NCBI GenBank assembly: GCA_964016885.1
Contig: OZ024746.1
Coordinates: forward strand, 558,001 to 622,000
Length of the DNA: 64,000 nt
From: Eledone cirrhosa
Lineage: Eukaryota
Direction: 5' to 3'
Of the stretch, positions 52,112 to 62,930 are shown one piece after another. The notes beneath the pieces are model-generated. The model saw nothing but the letters and a program-made list of their open reading frames with translations, made no database searches and was not told the origin of the DNA. Position 1 is the first letter of the stretch. Each line of letters starts with the position of its first letter. Both the position numbers and the translations under genes were made by a program.

Positions 52112-55100
52112 TACATACACACACATACATACATACACACACACATACATGCTAAAGTCCCAGACATTATTATCAGAGCCATAGAGAAGTTGTCTTCTTT
52201 TGGGCTACCATCCTAAAGTTAAAACAGAGAAGGGGGACTCTATTTTCACTGATAAAATAGAATATCACAGGGGTATATTTCAAGGAGACAGTCTCTCTGT
52301 GATATTATTTATCCTGTCATTAAACCCCTTGTCCTTTCTGCTCAAGAAATGTGAAGGATACATCATTGGTTCACAGGAGGGCAGAAATACGAACCTAACC
52401 CATAATTTCTTTGTGGATGATCTGAAACTCTATGCCAAGAACATGGATGGGATGAAGAAAAATCTTGACCTGGTTACAACATTCTCAAAGGATATAGGAA
52501 TGGAGTTTGGCCAAGATAAATGTTCCTATATGACTGTAAAGCGGGGAAAAACAACAACCCAATCTAGCAACATTGTCATCAATTGTCTAACTGTCTCACC
52601 GATATCTGATGAGGACAGCTACAGATACCTGGGGATAGATGAGAACATATCCTATAATGGTATCTGTAATAAGGAATGCGTAACCAGGGAATACTACACC
52701 CAATTAAGAAAGATATGGTCATCAGAACTCTCTGCGCACAATAAAACAGTTTGGAATACTCAATTGGACGATAGACGAAATCCAAGCAGTTGATGTTAGG
52801 ACTCGAAAAATACTAAACAACACCGAAAACTTCCACATTAACAGTGACATAGACCGCCTCTACTTGAAACGTAAGCAGGGAGGCAGAGGCCTAACATCAG
52901 TCCGGACAGAATTTGAATGTCGCATCATATCCCTCCGACAACATCTACAAAGCTCGAAGCATTGGAGACCATCTATTTAGCAAGTCTATCTGCATGAAAC
53001 AGATAAGGTCATGAGAGTTGGGAAGGAACTCCTTGAAAGATATTCCCTGTGTGATAATCAAAAACTCACACCCAGGGAAGTCGCTCAGCAGTACTGCGGT
53101 GAATCCATGGATGAAAAACTGTATGCCTATCAGCAAATAATCATGCATGGATATGTTGCCAAGAAGCTCCAGAGTGAGAGTAATATAGATAAAGAAAGTA
53201 GTCTATCTTGGACCAACAACCTCTATATTGGCTCCCACTTTGAAGGATATGCTTTTGCAATCCAAGAACAGGAAATCAACATGAAATACCTGATTCACAA
53301 AAGAGATAGGGATGCAGGCAAAACACCTAGATGTGACAACAAGTGCAGACTCTGCAGAATTAACATCGAAGATGTCACCCATGTTTAAGCAGCTGTCCAA
53401 AGATGTCATCGCGGCACTATCTATCTATGAGGTATGATGTAGTGGCCAAAACACTGTACAATGCAATCTGTAGAAAAGATAGCCCCGACAATACACACAT
53501 TAAAAGCTACAGGAATGTGGAAGACATAGATATACATAATATGAAAGAGTACTGGTGGAATGTTCCAGTAAAAACCCTAATAAAGTGCAGGCATAACAGA
53601 CCAGATATAATGATATGGGACAAGGAAAAGAAGGCATTCACAGTAGTGGAAGTTAGCTGCCCAGCATATGCCAATATAATATCAAAGATTAGTGAAAAGG
53701 AGAATATTTATGCAGAACTAATGAGAAATCTGCAGATATTCCACCCTGACTATACATTCAGATTTATGCCTGTGATTATTGGGAAACTGGGATATGTTAG
53801 TAACTGCCTCAATATAAATCTTGAGAAGCTGGCCTTCACAGAAACTGAAAGAACACGATTAGTTAGGAAACTACAAGTACAATCCATTAATGGAACAGTA
53901 AAAATATGTAAAACATGCCAACAATTTTGCATCTAATAACTGCATATACACATGTACAGATACAAAGCATATACACATGCACACATACAACTCAAAACAT
54001 ACACATCCACACATACAATAACATCCATATCTACACATGCATACATACATACACACATACATACATAGACACATACACACATACATACATTCATACACAC
54101 ATACATACACATACATATATTTCAACTTACCTCTACATCCATCAACTGTCCCTACAAATCCAGCACAACATGGGCTTTTAGTACTGAATTCTCTGGAAAA
54201 ACAATTGAGAGGATAAATGGATAAATGAAATGCAGTATAAAGTGTAGAGAGGAACACAAACCCTCCATCTCAATTTTACTTTTGAAAATCATAAGAACTG
54301 TGAAACTGGTAAAGTAAATAAATAAATATTCTTAAAAGACTACAATTGTATCAATTTCTTTTCCTTATACTTTCACCTGTGGAGGACATCTCATTTATAT
54401 ATATATATATATTTATAATATAATATAAGATCAAAAGATGGTTAAAAGAGTTCCATGTATTTTATTATGCGCATTTCAATATATATATATATATAGAGAG
54501 AGAGGGAGAGAGTCTAACTCTAGTCCCTCGCTTGTCTAAAACCTTGTCAGGCTGGAGCTTATCTCAGTTTCGTAGCATGAAGTGACTGAGAGTACACCAG
54601 TCCACACAGGGTTAAACCCTCGGCTATTACTGGTACTCATGTTCAGCTGAGTATACTGGAGCAACGCGAAATGAAGTGGTTTGCTCAAGAACACAACGCG
54701 CAGCCCAGGAATCGAACCCACGACATGATCGTAAGTCCAACACCCTCACCACTAGATCACACGACTCAACATTTGTAAGATAAACTTTACAAATAGTTCT
54801 TATATCAAATTTGATTGGAAAATTTAAATTTATAATGGGTGGTTGTAGTCATTGTTGTTGTTGTAGTTGTTGTAGTTGTAGTTGTTGTTGTAGCTGATGT
54901 AGTTGTAGTTGTTGTTGTAGTTGTTGTAGCTGATGTAGTTGTAGTTGTTGTTGTTGTAGCTGATGTAGTTGTAGTTGTTGCTGTAGCTGATGTAGTTGTA
55001 GTTGTTGTTGTAGTTGTTGTAGCTGATGTAGTTGTAGTTGTTGTTGTAGCTGATGTAGTTGTAGTTGTTGTTGTTGTAGCTGATGTAGTTGTAGTTGTAG

Positions 55101-56918
55101 TTGTTGTTGTTGTTGTAGCTGATGTAGTTGTAGTTGTTGCAGTTGTTATTGTTGTTGTAGTTGTTGTTGTAGCTGATGTAGTTGTAGTTGTAGTTGTTGT
55201 TGTTGTAGCTGATGTAGTTGTAGTTGTGGTTGTAGTTGTTATTGTTGTTGTAGCTGATGTAGTTGTAGTTGTGGTTGTAGTTGTAGTTGTTATTGTTGTT
55301 GTAGCTGATGTAGTTGTAGTTGTGGTTGTAGTTGTAGTTGTTATTGTTGTTGTAGCTGATGTAGTTGTAGTTGTAGTTATTGTTGTTGTAGTCAGAAATA
55401 TAGAACATGTCTTAGTTACACTAAAAACAAACATAAATGCATCATCATTGCAGCTTACCTCTTTAATATGTGAGCAGTTTCAGGTAGGAACGCCAGACAT
55501 GCATTTAGTGCATTAAGTGCAACATCAATTGGTCCAATCCCCACCACCCACCAATTTTGACTTAAGGGGTCGCTGTCTGGAAAGAAAGGGATCGCCAGTT
55601 TCTCGACCCTAAAAAGCAAAATTTGGGACTCCCCTCAATCACAAACAAAAGAAAACTGAGTGTTCAAAACCTAGTAATTTAAGTGTATGTCTGTGTGGCT
55701 ATTGTTATGGTTGGGGTTGTAGTGGTAGTTGTGGTGGTAGTTGTGGTGGTAGTTGTAGTTGTGGCAGTAGTTGTGGTGGTAGTTGTAGTTGTGGTGGTAG
55801 TTGTAGTTGGGGTGGTAGTTGTAGTGGTAGTTGTAGTTGTGGTGGTAGTTGTGGTGGTAGTTGTAGTTGTGGTGGTAGTTGTAGTGGTAGTTGTAGTTGT
55901 GGCAGTAGTTGTGGTGGTAGTTGTAGTTGTGGTGGTAGTTGTAGTGGTAGTTGTAGTTGTGGTGGTAGTTGTGGTTGTGGTGGTAGTTGTGGTTGTGGTG
56001 GTAGTTGTGGTGGTAGTTATAGTTGTGGTGGTAGTTGTAGTTGTGGTGGTAGTTGTGGTGGTAGTTGTAGTTGTAGTTGTGGTGGTAGTTGTAGTGGTAG
56101 TTGTAGTGGAGTTGTAGTTGTGGTGGTAGTTGTGGTTGTGGTGGTAGTTGTGGTGGTAGTTGTAGTGGTAGTTGTAGTTGTGGTTGTGATTGTAGTTGGG
56201 GCTATCATTATAGTTAAGTCACTCACAAACAGGTTCGAAGTTTGATAATTAAACCTCGTCCCATGGACTGAGTGTTGTTCAGCTTAGATATATCTATCTA
56301 TCTATGTATTGAGAGAGAAACTGTGTCTGAGAGGGATAGAATGTAGTGTGTGAGAGAGGAGACTGAGGTGGCATGGACATGTGATGCGCATGGGGGATGA
56401 CCGATGGGTGAAGAAGTGTCAGGAAATGCCAGTTGAAGGAAGACGTGGTAGAGGTAGACCACGAAAAACATGGGCGGAGGTGGTGAGAACAGACCTCAGA
56501 TCGCTGAAGCTCACGGTGGAGATGACGAAGGACCGTGACGAATGGAGAGATGCTGTGCTGAATAAGACCCGTCCCACCCTTGCAAGCAGGGAAGAGCGGA
56601 CGTTAAATGATGATGATGATGATATATATATAAATATATATATATTTATTAAAATAACAGATTACAGTTTAAGCAAAGAATCGCTGCTTTCACCCTTAAC
56701 GGGATCTTCAGAAGATCCCGTTAAGGGTGAAAGCAGCGATTCTTTGCTTAAACTTTAATCTGTTATTTTAATAAATATTTGCTCTACGGTTCTTAAATAT
56801 TTGATATATATTTATCCTTATCGAGCCCTCTTTGGATTTTAGTCTTCAAATTTATTATTATTACTATATATATATATCATCATCCTCGTTTCACGTCCAC
56901 TTTCCACGTTAGCATGGG

Positions 56919-56986
<68 letters not shown>

Positions 56987-57653
56987 TCTGCAACGCTGAG
57001 ACCAAAGAGACCACTAATCATGGGAGTACTCAATACATGGGCAGATGTAGAGTGGTAGAGAGATATGTAGAATCCCACCTGCAGTGCCAAGTTGTTTTGG
57101 GCTTTACACCTCTCTTTCTCCCTCTCTGTCTCTCTCTCTATAAAATACCATGTGTATCCTGGTTTTTAGAAAAGGTATACTATAACCCTGAGTGTGATAT
57201 GAGCTGACTAAAAGGTTTGGTGTGAAGAAGGTGATAATGAAGGGCATCTGGTTATAAAAAATAACAACATCAAGACATCATGTCAAGCCCATGTCAACAA
57301 GGAAAGGTGGACGTAAAAACAACAATGATGTATGTATGTACATATGTGTTTATATATGTATGTGTTTGTATATATATGTATGTATATATATATGTAGACC
57401 TGGGGAGGAGATCGATTCTGCCAGATTAAAAAGTTGCCCTAAAAACGTTGTATGTGAATATAGCTTTTCTACACCCCCCTCAGGAGTTAAGGACCCTACA
57501 TATATATATATGAAAAGATTCGGGAACCCGACGGCTGAGCTCCGGCCGTTTTGACAGCTAGATCCAAATGGGGTCCTGAATCTTTTCATATTACCCACTT
57601 TACTACCCCGAGTTCATTATGGTCCACCTGGTATCTTACCACACCCTCTTTGT

Positions 57654-57698
<45 letters not shown>

Positions 57699-57793
57699 GT
57701 ATATGTATGTATATATAAGTCTACTTACTGTGTAGATAATTTCACAGAGGAAAACACCAAGAGGACAACAAACCAAAGGTGATGGTCACTCAT
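31790..57793 (-). CDS. Predicted secreted protein (~536 aa): signal peptide, N-terminal segment ending CCAGF..C, 8 calcium-binding EGF domains, 2 chitin-binding type-2 (CBM14/peritrophin-A) domains
   Basis: Exons in transcript order: 57793-57729 ([21 protein letters not shown]), 55608-55459, 54192-54131 ([20 protein letters not shown]); cbEGF exons 51583-51464, 50835-50716, 48247-48128, 46951-46832, 44611-44492, 40229-40110, 39903-39787, 35709-35590 (each DxxEC...C..C.N..G...C.C..G...C); CBM14 exons 33696-33514 and 31983-31790 (stop TAA). All GT-AG and phase-compatible, total 1611 nt. EGF and CBM exons are secure; the first two exons are less certain. Confidence 0.85.
33180..33290 (-). ncRNA. 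Minimal type I hammerhead ribozyme motif (family C) with long stem-II insert, within (TA)n-flanked element ~33115-33480
   Basis: GCTTT-CTGATGA-aGTGT..(~70 nt, internal hairpin)..ACACa-GAAA-CATATG-TT^AAAGC; 5-bp stem I and palindromic stem III (AACATATGTT). Confidence 0.65.
35197..35247 (-). ncRNA. Hammerhead-like motif (family B) with variant core CAGAAGA; element ~35100-35250
   Basis: AGTTT-CAGAAGA-T CCT gttaa GGG T-GAAA-GCA gcgattctt TGC-TT^AAACT; same family as 56642-56855. Confidence 0.5.
36007..36112. ncRNA. Pair of inverted type I hammerhead motifs (family A) in palindrome 35991-36128; element continues to ~36195
   Basis: Minus 36059-36007: GAGATTC-CTGATGA-T TTC taaa GAA T-GAAA-CAG ttctagtc CTG-TA^GAATCTC, with a perfect 7-bp stem I and canonical core. 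Confidence 0.7.
36316..36648. repeat. ~330-bp imperfect palindrome (MITE-like core 36408-36558 plus inverted microsatellite flanks)
   Basis: TATGGGTTTACCGAACAATTATCATA...TATGATAATTGTTCGGTAATCCCATA; flanks gacgtacagtagtatgtata / tatacatactactgtacgtc. Confidence 0.8.
36740..37853 (+). mobile_element. RTE LINE 3' part including its long 3' UTR (112-bp internal duplication) and (GAT)n tail; second UTR-only copy ~37935-38325
   Basis: [22 protein letters not shown] to stop 37340, followed directly by the GGTTGGTGTTAGGAAGGGCATCCA-containing UTR and GATGAT tail. Confidence 0.85.
38570..39660 (-). mobile_element. CR1/L2-type LINE 3' fragment (frameshifted RT C-terminus plus 3' UTR); UTR pieces also at ~47500-47590
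   Basis: [48 protein letters not shown]; (ATT)n tail. Confidence 0.88.
40717..41822. repeat. 71-bp minisatellite (~15.5 near-identical copies) expanded inside an RTE remnant
   Basis: Unit tatgtatgttatctaacttgtggtctaactct(g/a)ggtcagtctatccccacccaagtaagaccaactgacct; flanks (caactgtctcc...gggatcc; cctgccagttggc...aaaatctg) match the second RTE family. Confidence 0.93.
42356..42445. repeat. ~90-bp AT-rich near-perfect palindrome
   Basis: ATTTTATTTTAGCAAATTTAATTATCcCAAATATTTTCaGGTTT-a-aAAACCaGAAAATATTTGtGATAATTAAATTTGCTAAAATAAAAT. Confidence 0.8.
44728..46026 (+). mobile_element. Tx1/L1-clade LINE 3' fragment (post-RT region plus zf-RVT-like knuckle), degenerate
   Basis: [52 protein letters not shown]; ends at AATAAAG; both flanks are (TCTA/TCTG)n. 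Confidence 0.82.
47000..47450. repeat. ~22-24 bp minisatellite containing CAGCTG
   Basis: Unit about aacactacagctggtatatacact. Confidence 0.9.
48286..50605 (+). mobile_element. R4/Dong-like restriction-like-endonuclease (RLE) LINE, 5'-truncated, disrupted
   Basis: [71 protein letters not shown]-x13-D; stops and frameshifts; (AAT)n at the 5' side, (GAA)n at the 3' side. Confidence 0.88.
51590..52040. repeat. 16-bp minisatellite abutting the acceptor of the first cbEGF exon
   Basis: Unit gtgtgacagtgcaatg. Confidence 0.9.
52165..53945 (+). mobile_element. Second R4-like RLE LINE family, truncated and disrupted
   Basis: [59 protein letters not shown]; flanked by (TACA/CA)n. Confidence 0.85.
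54540..54770 (-). mobile_element. Second tRNA-derived SINE family (CORE/V-like domain); other copies ~7630-7750 and 9190-9292
   Basis: Minus strand reads box B GGTTCGATTCC followed by GTGTTCTTGAGCAAACCACTT...TTGCTCCAGT..ACTCAGCTG. Confidence 0.7.
54840..56205. repeat. (GTT/GTA/GTG)n trinucleotide tracts (54840-55392 and 55700-56205) flanking exon 55459-55608; similar tracts at 47780-48045 and 58430-58672
   Basis: Compound microsatellites read directly from the sequence. Confidence 0.9.
56310..56622 (+). mobile_element. RTE LINE 3' fragment nearly identical to the 25170 element
   Basis: [36 protein letters not shown]... followed by a (GAT)n tail. Confidence 0.9.
56642..56855. mobile_element. 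Family B small element with a ~135-bp fold-back palindrome (56642-56778) centred on a hammerhead-like core
   Basis: Centre GGGATCTTC-A-GAAGATCCC; arms carry TCCC gttaa GGGT GAAA GCA..TGC TT AAAC; the tail matches 35100-35200 in reverse. Confidence 0.7.
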
Positions 57794-57981
57794 TTCTGCC
57801 TGTCTATATAACTGTCACTCTGATTAGTCTGAGTAATCAGAATTATTGCTGACACATTCTATATATTTATATATACTAATTTATATATATATATATTTAT
57901 ATATATATATATATATATACTAATTTATATATATATATATTTATATATATATATATATATATACTAATTTATATATATATA

Positions 57982-58016
<35 letters not shown>

Positions 58017-58183
58017 TAATTTATATATATACTAATTTATATATATATATATATATATATACTAATTTATATATATATATATTTATATATGCTAATTTAT
58101 ATATATATATATATATTTATATATACTAATTTATATATATATATATATAATCATCACCATCATTTTACGTCCGCTTTTCCCTG

Positions 58184-58255
<72 letters not shown>

Positions 58256-58899
58256 CATTATCATATACACTGATATATATATAGTAACATATGAACATAT
58301 GTATATATGTGTATATATATACTCTATATATACATACATTCATATATATATATATACACACATACACACAGAGTCACTGGTTACGGTAGTTAACTAGTAA
58401 CTGTGTGAAATGGTACGAGTCTGTCATGGTTGGACTATCTGTAGTGATGGTGGTGGTTGTCATGGTTGGACTGTCTGTGGTGCCTAATATTGATAATGTT
58501 GGTGATGGTGGTGGTGGTCGAGGTGGTGGTGGTGTTGGTGGTGGTGGTGGTGGTGATCGAGGTGGTGGTGGTGGTGGGGCTCGAGGTGGTGGTGGTGGTG
58601 GTTGAGGTGGTGGTCGAGGTGGTGGTGGTCGAGGTGGTGGTGGTGGTCGAAGTGGTGGTGGTGGTGGTGGTGAGTGGGAAATATTAAAACAAAAAGATCT
58701 ACACACACGAATAAATTAATTTAATTTCTTAATTACTTTGCTAATTATAAAAGTTTATCAGTGTAAACGACGGAGTGAATACTAATTAGTAAAACTGCCA
58801 ACTCACACAGCTTGGGTTCACTTCTTATTGAGGGCATATCTTGCTGTCTCCATCCCAGACCAAAGTAGAGCACTGGTAGTGAGGGTCATCTTCTCATCA

Positions 58900-59890
58900 A
58901 CTTTTGGACACTGTAGTCATCACCTGACCACTATCTGGTATTTTGTTGTTGTTATTTAGGCCAAAGTCAGTCCTGATCCAGCAAACATTGTTTTGGAAAT
59001 TTACCACTATTACTGTTACCTTTCCCCGAGATGCGCAACATACATTTAAGGGCTTCACCCAGTCTTCATTATCCTCTTGCTCCCTTGTCCACCTCACCTA
59101 TCTTAGTTTGGTGAATGCAGCATACATACTTTTCTCAGACATCACAATTCTGCCCCAGCCACAGATCTCATCTGTAGCCCTGCCTCAGCCCTATATCTCA
59201 TCTGTAGCCTGCCCCATCTACGATCTCGTGTATAGCCCTGCCCCAGCCACAGATCTCATGTGTTCTATCTGTCATGACACCTACATGACCACTTTACAGT
59301 GTGGGCTGGGTACTGTCTGTCATGACATCTACATGACCACTTTACAGTGTGGACAGGGCACTGTCTATCATGACACCTACATGACCACTTTACAGTGTGG
59401 ACTGGGTACTGTCTGTCATGACATCTACATGACCACTTTACAGTGTGGGCTGGGTACTGTCTGTCATGACATCTACATGACCACTTTACAGTGTGGACTG
59501 GGCACTTTGAGTCAGGACACAAGATCTTAGCCTTCAAATGGTAGGAAACTCGTTTTGATGTTAGTACTACCTTGTTCTTGTTGAAAGCTGCCCAACCTAG
59601 AGTGATGTGATACTGCACAGCAACCATTCCATTGTTGTTTGATGATAGTTTGTGACCGAGACATACAAACTCCCTAACTTGAGCAATTTGCTGGTTGTAG
59701 ATTGTGAGTTGGAGATTGGCATTGTTTTTATCAGTTGTCATACATTTTGCTTTGGAGATGTTGTGTAAGCCAGCCTCCAGAGAATGTTTGGCCAGTACAT
59801 TCAGAAAGTCTTGCAGGTCAGTTCTAGAGTAACTCATGATGGCCAGATTGTCTGCATAGCTAAGATTTGATAGGATTTTACCTCCTATTT
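58900..59890 (-). mobile_element. Degenerate LINE RT fragment interrupted by a 48-bp minisatellite (59270-59505, ~5 copies)
   Basis: Minus strand reads LSNLSYADNLA..GLHNISKAKCM..EFVCLG; the repeat unit atgaccactttacagtgtgggctgggtactgtctgtcatgacatctac is related to the 2843 unit. Confidence 0.7.
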
Positions 59891-60616
59891 GATAGCCAGA
59901 AGAGCATTCTTATTCAGTTTGGTGGATAAGTGCAGCTATATATATATATAAATATTAATTCAAAATATTAACAAAATAGATATTCTTGTGATCAATTATA
60001 TTTTATTATACATATTTCAGAGGTACTGAGTTAAGTTCAACAGTACGTCCTCATCAGATAAAATAAGATGATGCATGACATACCCTGACATAGTAGATGG
60101 TTAAGATTCAGATATATATAGGTATTAGGATTGGTGCTCTGAAATAGCGATGTATACATGAATGTACGTATAGTATATTTGGCAATATATCGCATGTTTA
60201 ATTAAAAACATTTAGAAGACCTTATGCTATCAGTTTTAAAGCAGTGACTATGTCACTTACTTATTTTTGGCGAAAGAAGGGAGAGAAGCTGACAGTCTGT
60301 TTCACGCTGGTTGGCATTCATCAGAGCCACGTACTCCCTTGCTTTTGCCGAAAATTATAGAAGCTGGATTCTTATAGAATTCCAGTAATAATCAGGACCT
60401 GATTATAATTACTGGAACACCACACAAATCACTGATTATATTTACTATCTCACACATACTTCAGCCATACCAGAGAGTTATTCCAGTTTGTCTTCAAAAT
60501 ATAGATAAATGATATACTTTTTTAAAATAGATGCAAATTCTGAAGGGGATTAGATTTTCAAAACTTAAAAATATATATATAACGACAAAAGAATGTTATT
60601 ATTAGTATTTTTAATA

Positions 60617-60820
60617 TAGGGTGGTCACTGAAAGACTGAATGATATAAAACTACAATAACTTTTACAAACGCATGGTTTTTTTTAAATTTTATTTGGAAA
60701 TATAAGTAATGGATTTTTTTCAGTATTTTGTGTGAAAAACAACAACAGATGCTCTATAACCTGCAAAAAAAAGAAGAGAAAAAAGATTGAAAACGAAAAA
60801 ATTTTTCAGTGGCTACCCTG
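60617..60820. mobile_element. Tc1/mariner-type MITE (~204 bp)
   Basis: TA|TAGGGTGGTCACTGAAA ... TTTCAGTGGCTACCCTG|TA: imperfect TIRs with a TA target duplication. Confidence 0.7.
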
Positions 60821-62611
60821 TATTATTATAAGGATGGTGGATTGGCAGTAATCGGTAGAGCTTTGTGGCATAGAGTTACAGCCCTTTATGTTCTGAGTTC
60901 AAATCCCGCCGTGGTTAGCTTTACCGTTCATCGATAAAATAAAGTACCAGTAATACACTGGGGTCGATTCAATCGACTTTCCCCTCCCAAACTTGTCTAA
61001 ATTAGAAACTACTATTAATAGTGTGTATATATATTTGCAGAGGAAAGGAATGAAAGGAGCTAATCACGAGAAAAGACCAATGAAAACAATGTTTCCATTG
61101 GTCTTTTCATTGCTGATTTCAGTCACAACTCCTGATAGAAACGTCACATCTCTTCTGGTGACAAGAGACAGGATTTGAACTCACAACTTACAGAAATGGA
61201 ATAGGCATCCCATCTGACTTTCTTTAACAATTCCATCAATTACACACACCCCTCTCAACTGGTATTTTATTTACCAACCAGCTGTGAAAGTATGAAAGTC
61301 AAAGGTAACCCTGGAAAGATTTGAACCCAGTGTAGTAAGCCAGAACAAATGCTACAAAGTATTTAGTCCAATGCTTTAACAACTCTGCCAATTCACTCAT
61401 TTGTTTGCCAAAATAATATCAAAATCTTATGAAACTATGTTAACACCAAATACAAAATAGAAACAAAAACCATGGAATGTTTTGTGTTTAATTTAAGGCT
61501 GAGAATTAAAGTCCTTTGAATGCAGACAAATGAAAAACAAGTGTTTTAAGGGAATTTTTCCTAGCTAAAGCAAGGATTAACCTTTCAGGATCTCTGACAA
61601 ACTTTATACTCATCAGGGATTTTATTACCAGATGTCTTTGCTGGTATTAACCCCTTTAGTCATCTCTAACGGCACATAGGTATATGTTGCACACTTTCTA
61701 ATGAACTTATATAGAGCATATGTGTAAATAAATGAAAAACCCCAATAAATTACTCTCGGGTTCCAAGTTATAGGGAAGGGTGGAATAAGTGGTGGGGGTG
61801 GGGTGGGGGGGACCCAAGAGTAGTTATAGCACCTCCGTCCTTGCTAAACATGGGCAGGAAAGACAACCCCAGATATATTTTTAAAAGATTTTCCACAGAT
61901 AAATGAGTTAAGTTTAAATAGATAAAGTTAAAACTGGCTGGTTAAGCTGTTATATTGGGCCTCGTTAATAACACCAAACTGAAACCATGTTGTCTGGTGA
62001 AGCTTCTCTCCAGGGCGTAAGACCGTGTTAGGAAATTTAGGCTGAAACGAGACAAATATTTTATAACAAGAATTAAATTGGAAATATATTTATACCAATA
62101 TTTGTTTAATGTCTGTTATACAGAAACTGTGTAATTTGACGGCCTCAGCATGAAAAAGTCCCCCCCTTCCTACCATACTAATATTTAGAGCGGGTTAAGG
62201 GTTGGTAAATATCTGAGGATTATGGAGGATGTCTTAGTTCTAATATAGACAATTTATGATAGGCTTTGTTTTTATGTATTTTTACGAGTTTGGCATCCGA
62301 TGGTCTTATCTACTGTGATGGTCTTATCTAATGTGATGGTCTTATCTGCTGGGTGTCTTGTACATTGTTGGCTTTGTTTTCTGAGTATTATTTACATAAA
62401 GGGTATACAGTAATTACTTTGTATTTGTTCTGGGTATATCTACGTTCAGATTTATGTATTTATGTATTTGCTTATATATATATCATCATCATTATACATC
62501 CGCTAAATACATGGAAACAAAACTACATATATATATATATAGTTATAAAAACTATAACATATAACATAAAAAAAAAGCTTATCATAAACTAAATGTCTAT
62601 ATTAGAAACAA

Positions 62612-62659
<48 letters not shown>

Positions 62660-62779
62660 AGTATATGTTTCCAGTTCCTCAGAGAAATAACAACCCAACC
62701 AGGAACTGGGCATATCAGAGTATTGACAAAATTATACACCTCAACAACATATGTACTTGTCTATACCATACTAATTCAA

Positions 62780-62834
62780 ACTGCCTGAAGAGGTCACAGC
62801 CAAAGATGGCTGTCACTGAAATATATATAGCAGT
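62780..62834 (+). ncRNA. Minimal type I hammerhead ribozyme (family D) in (TA)n-flanked element ~62655-62885
   Basis: ACTGC-CTGAAGA-GGTcACAGCCA aaga TGGCTGTcACT-GAAA-TATATA-TA^GCAGT; canonical core, 5-bp stem I, long stem II, palindromic stem III. Confidence 0.78.
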
Positions 62835-62879
62835 AATAAACGAAGCTAAATTTTAAACATTTGACTTTTTATTTAACTT

Positions 62880-62930
<51 letters not shown>

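Noticed and set aside
48244-53936. Host protein-coding genes for the long plus-strand ORFs
   Set aside because: They are frameshifted pieces of RLE-type LINE ORFs lying antisense within introns.
54805-56226. Poly-Thr ORFs on the gene's strand as mucin-like exons of the chitin-binding protein
   Set aside because: No suitable AG acceptor or GT donor brackets them, and neighbouring exons join in frame without them; they read as trinucleotide microsatellites. RNA-seq could overturn this.
56227-57160. Extra coding exons of the EGF-CBM14 gene ending at donors near 56227 and 57079
   Set aside because: Frames compatible with the neighbouring exon phases contain stop codons.
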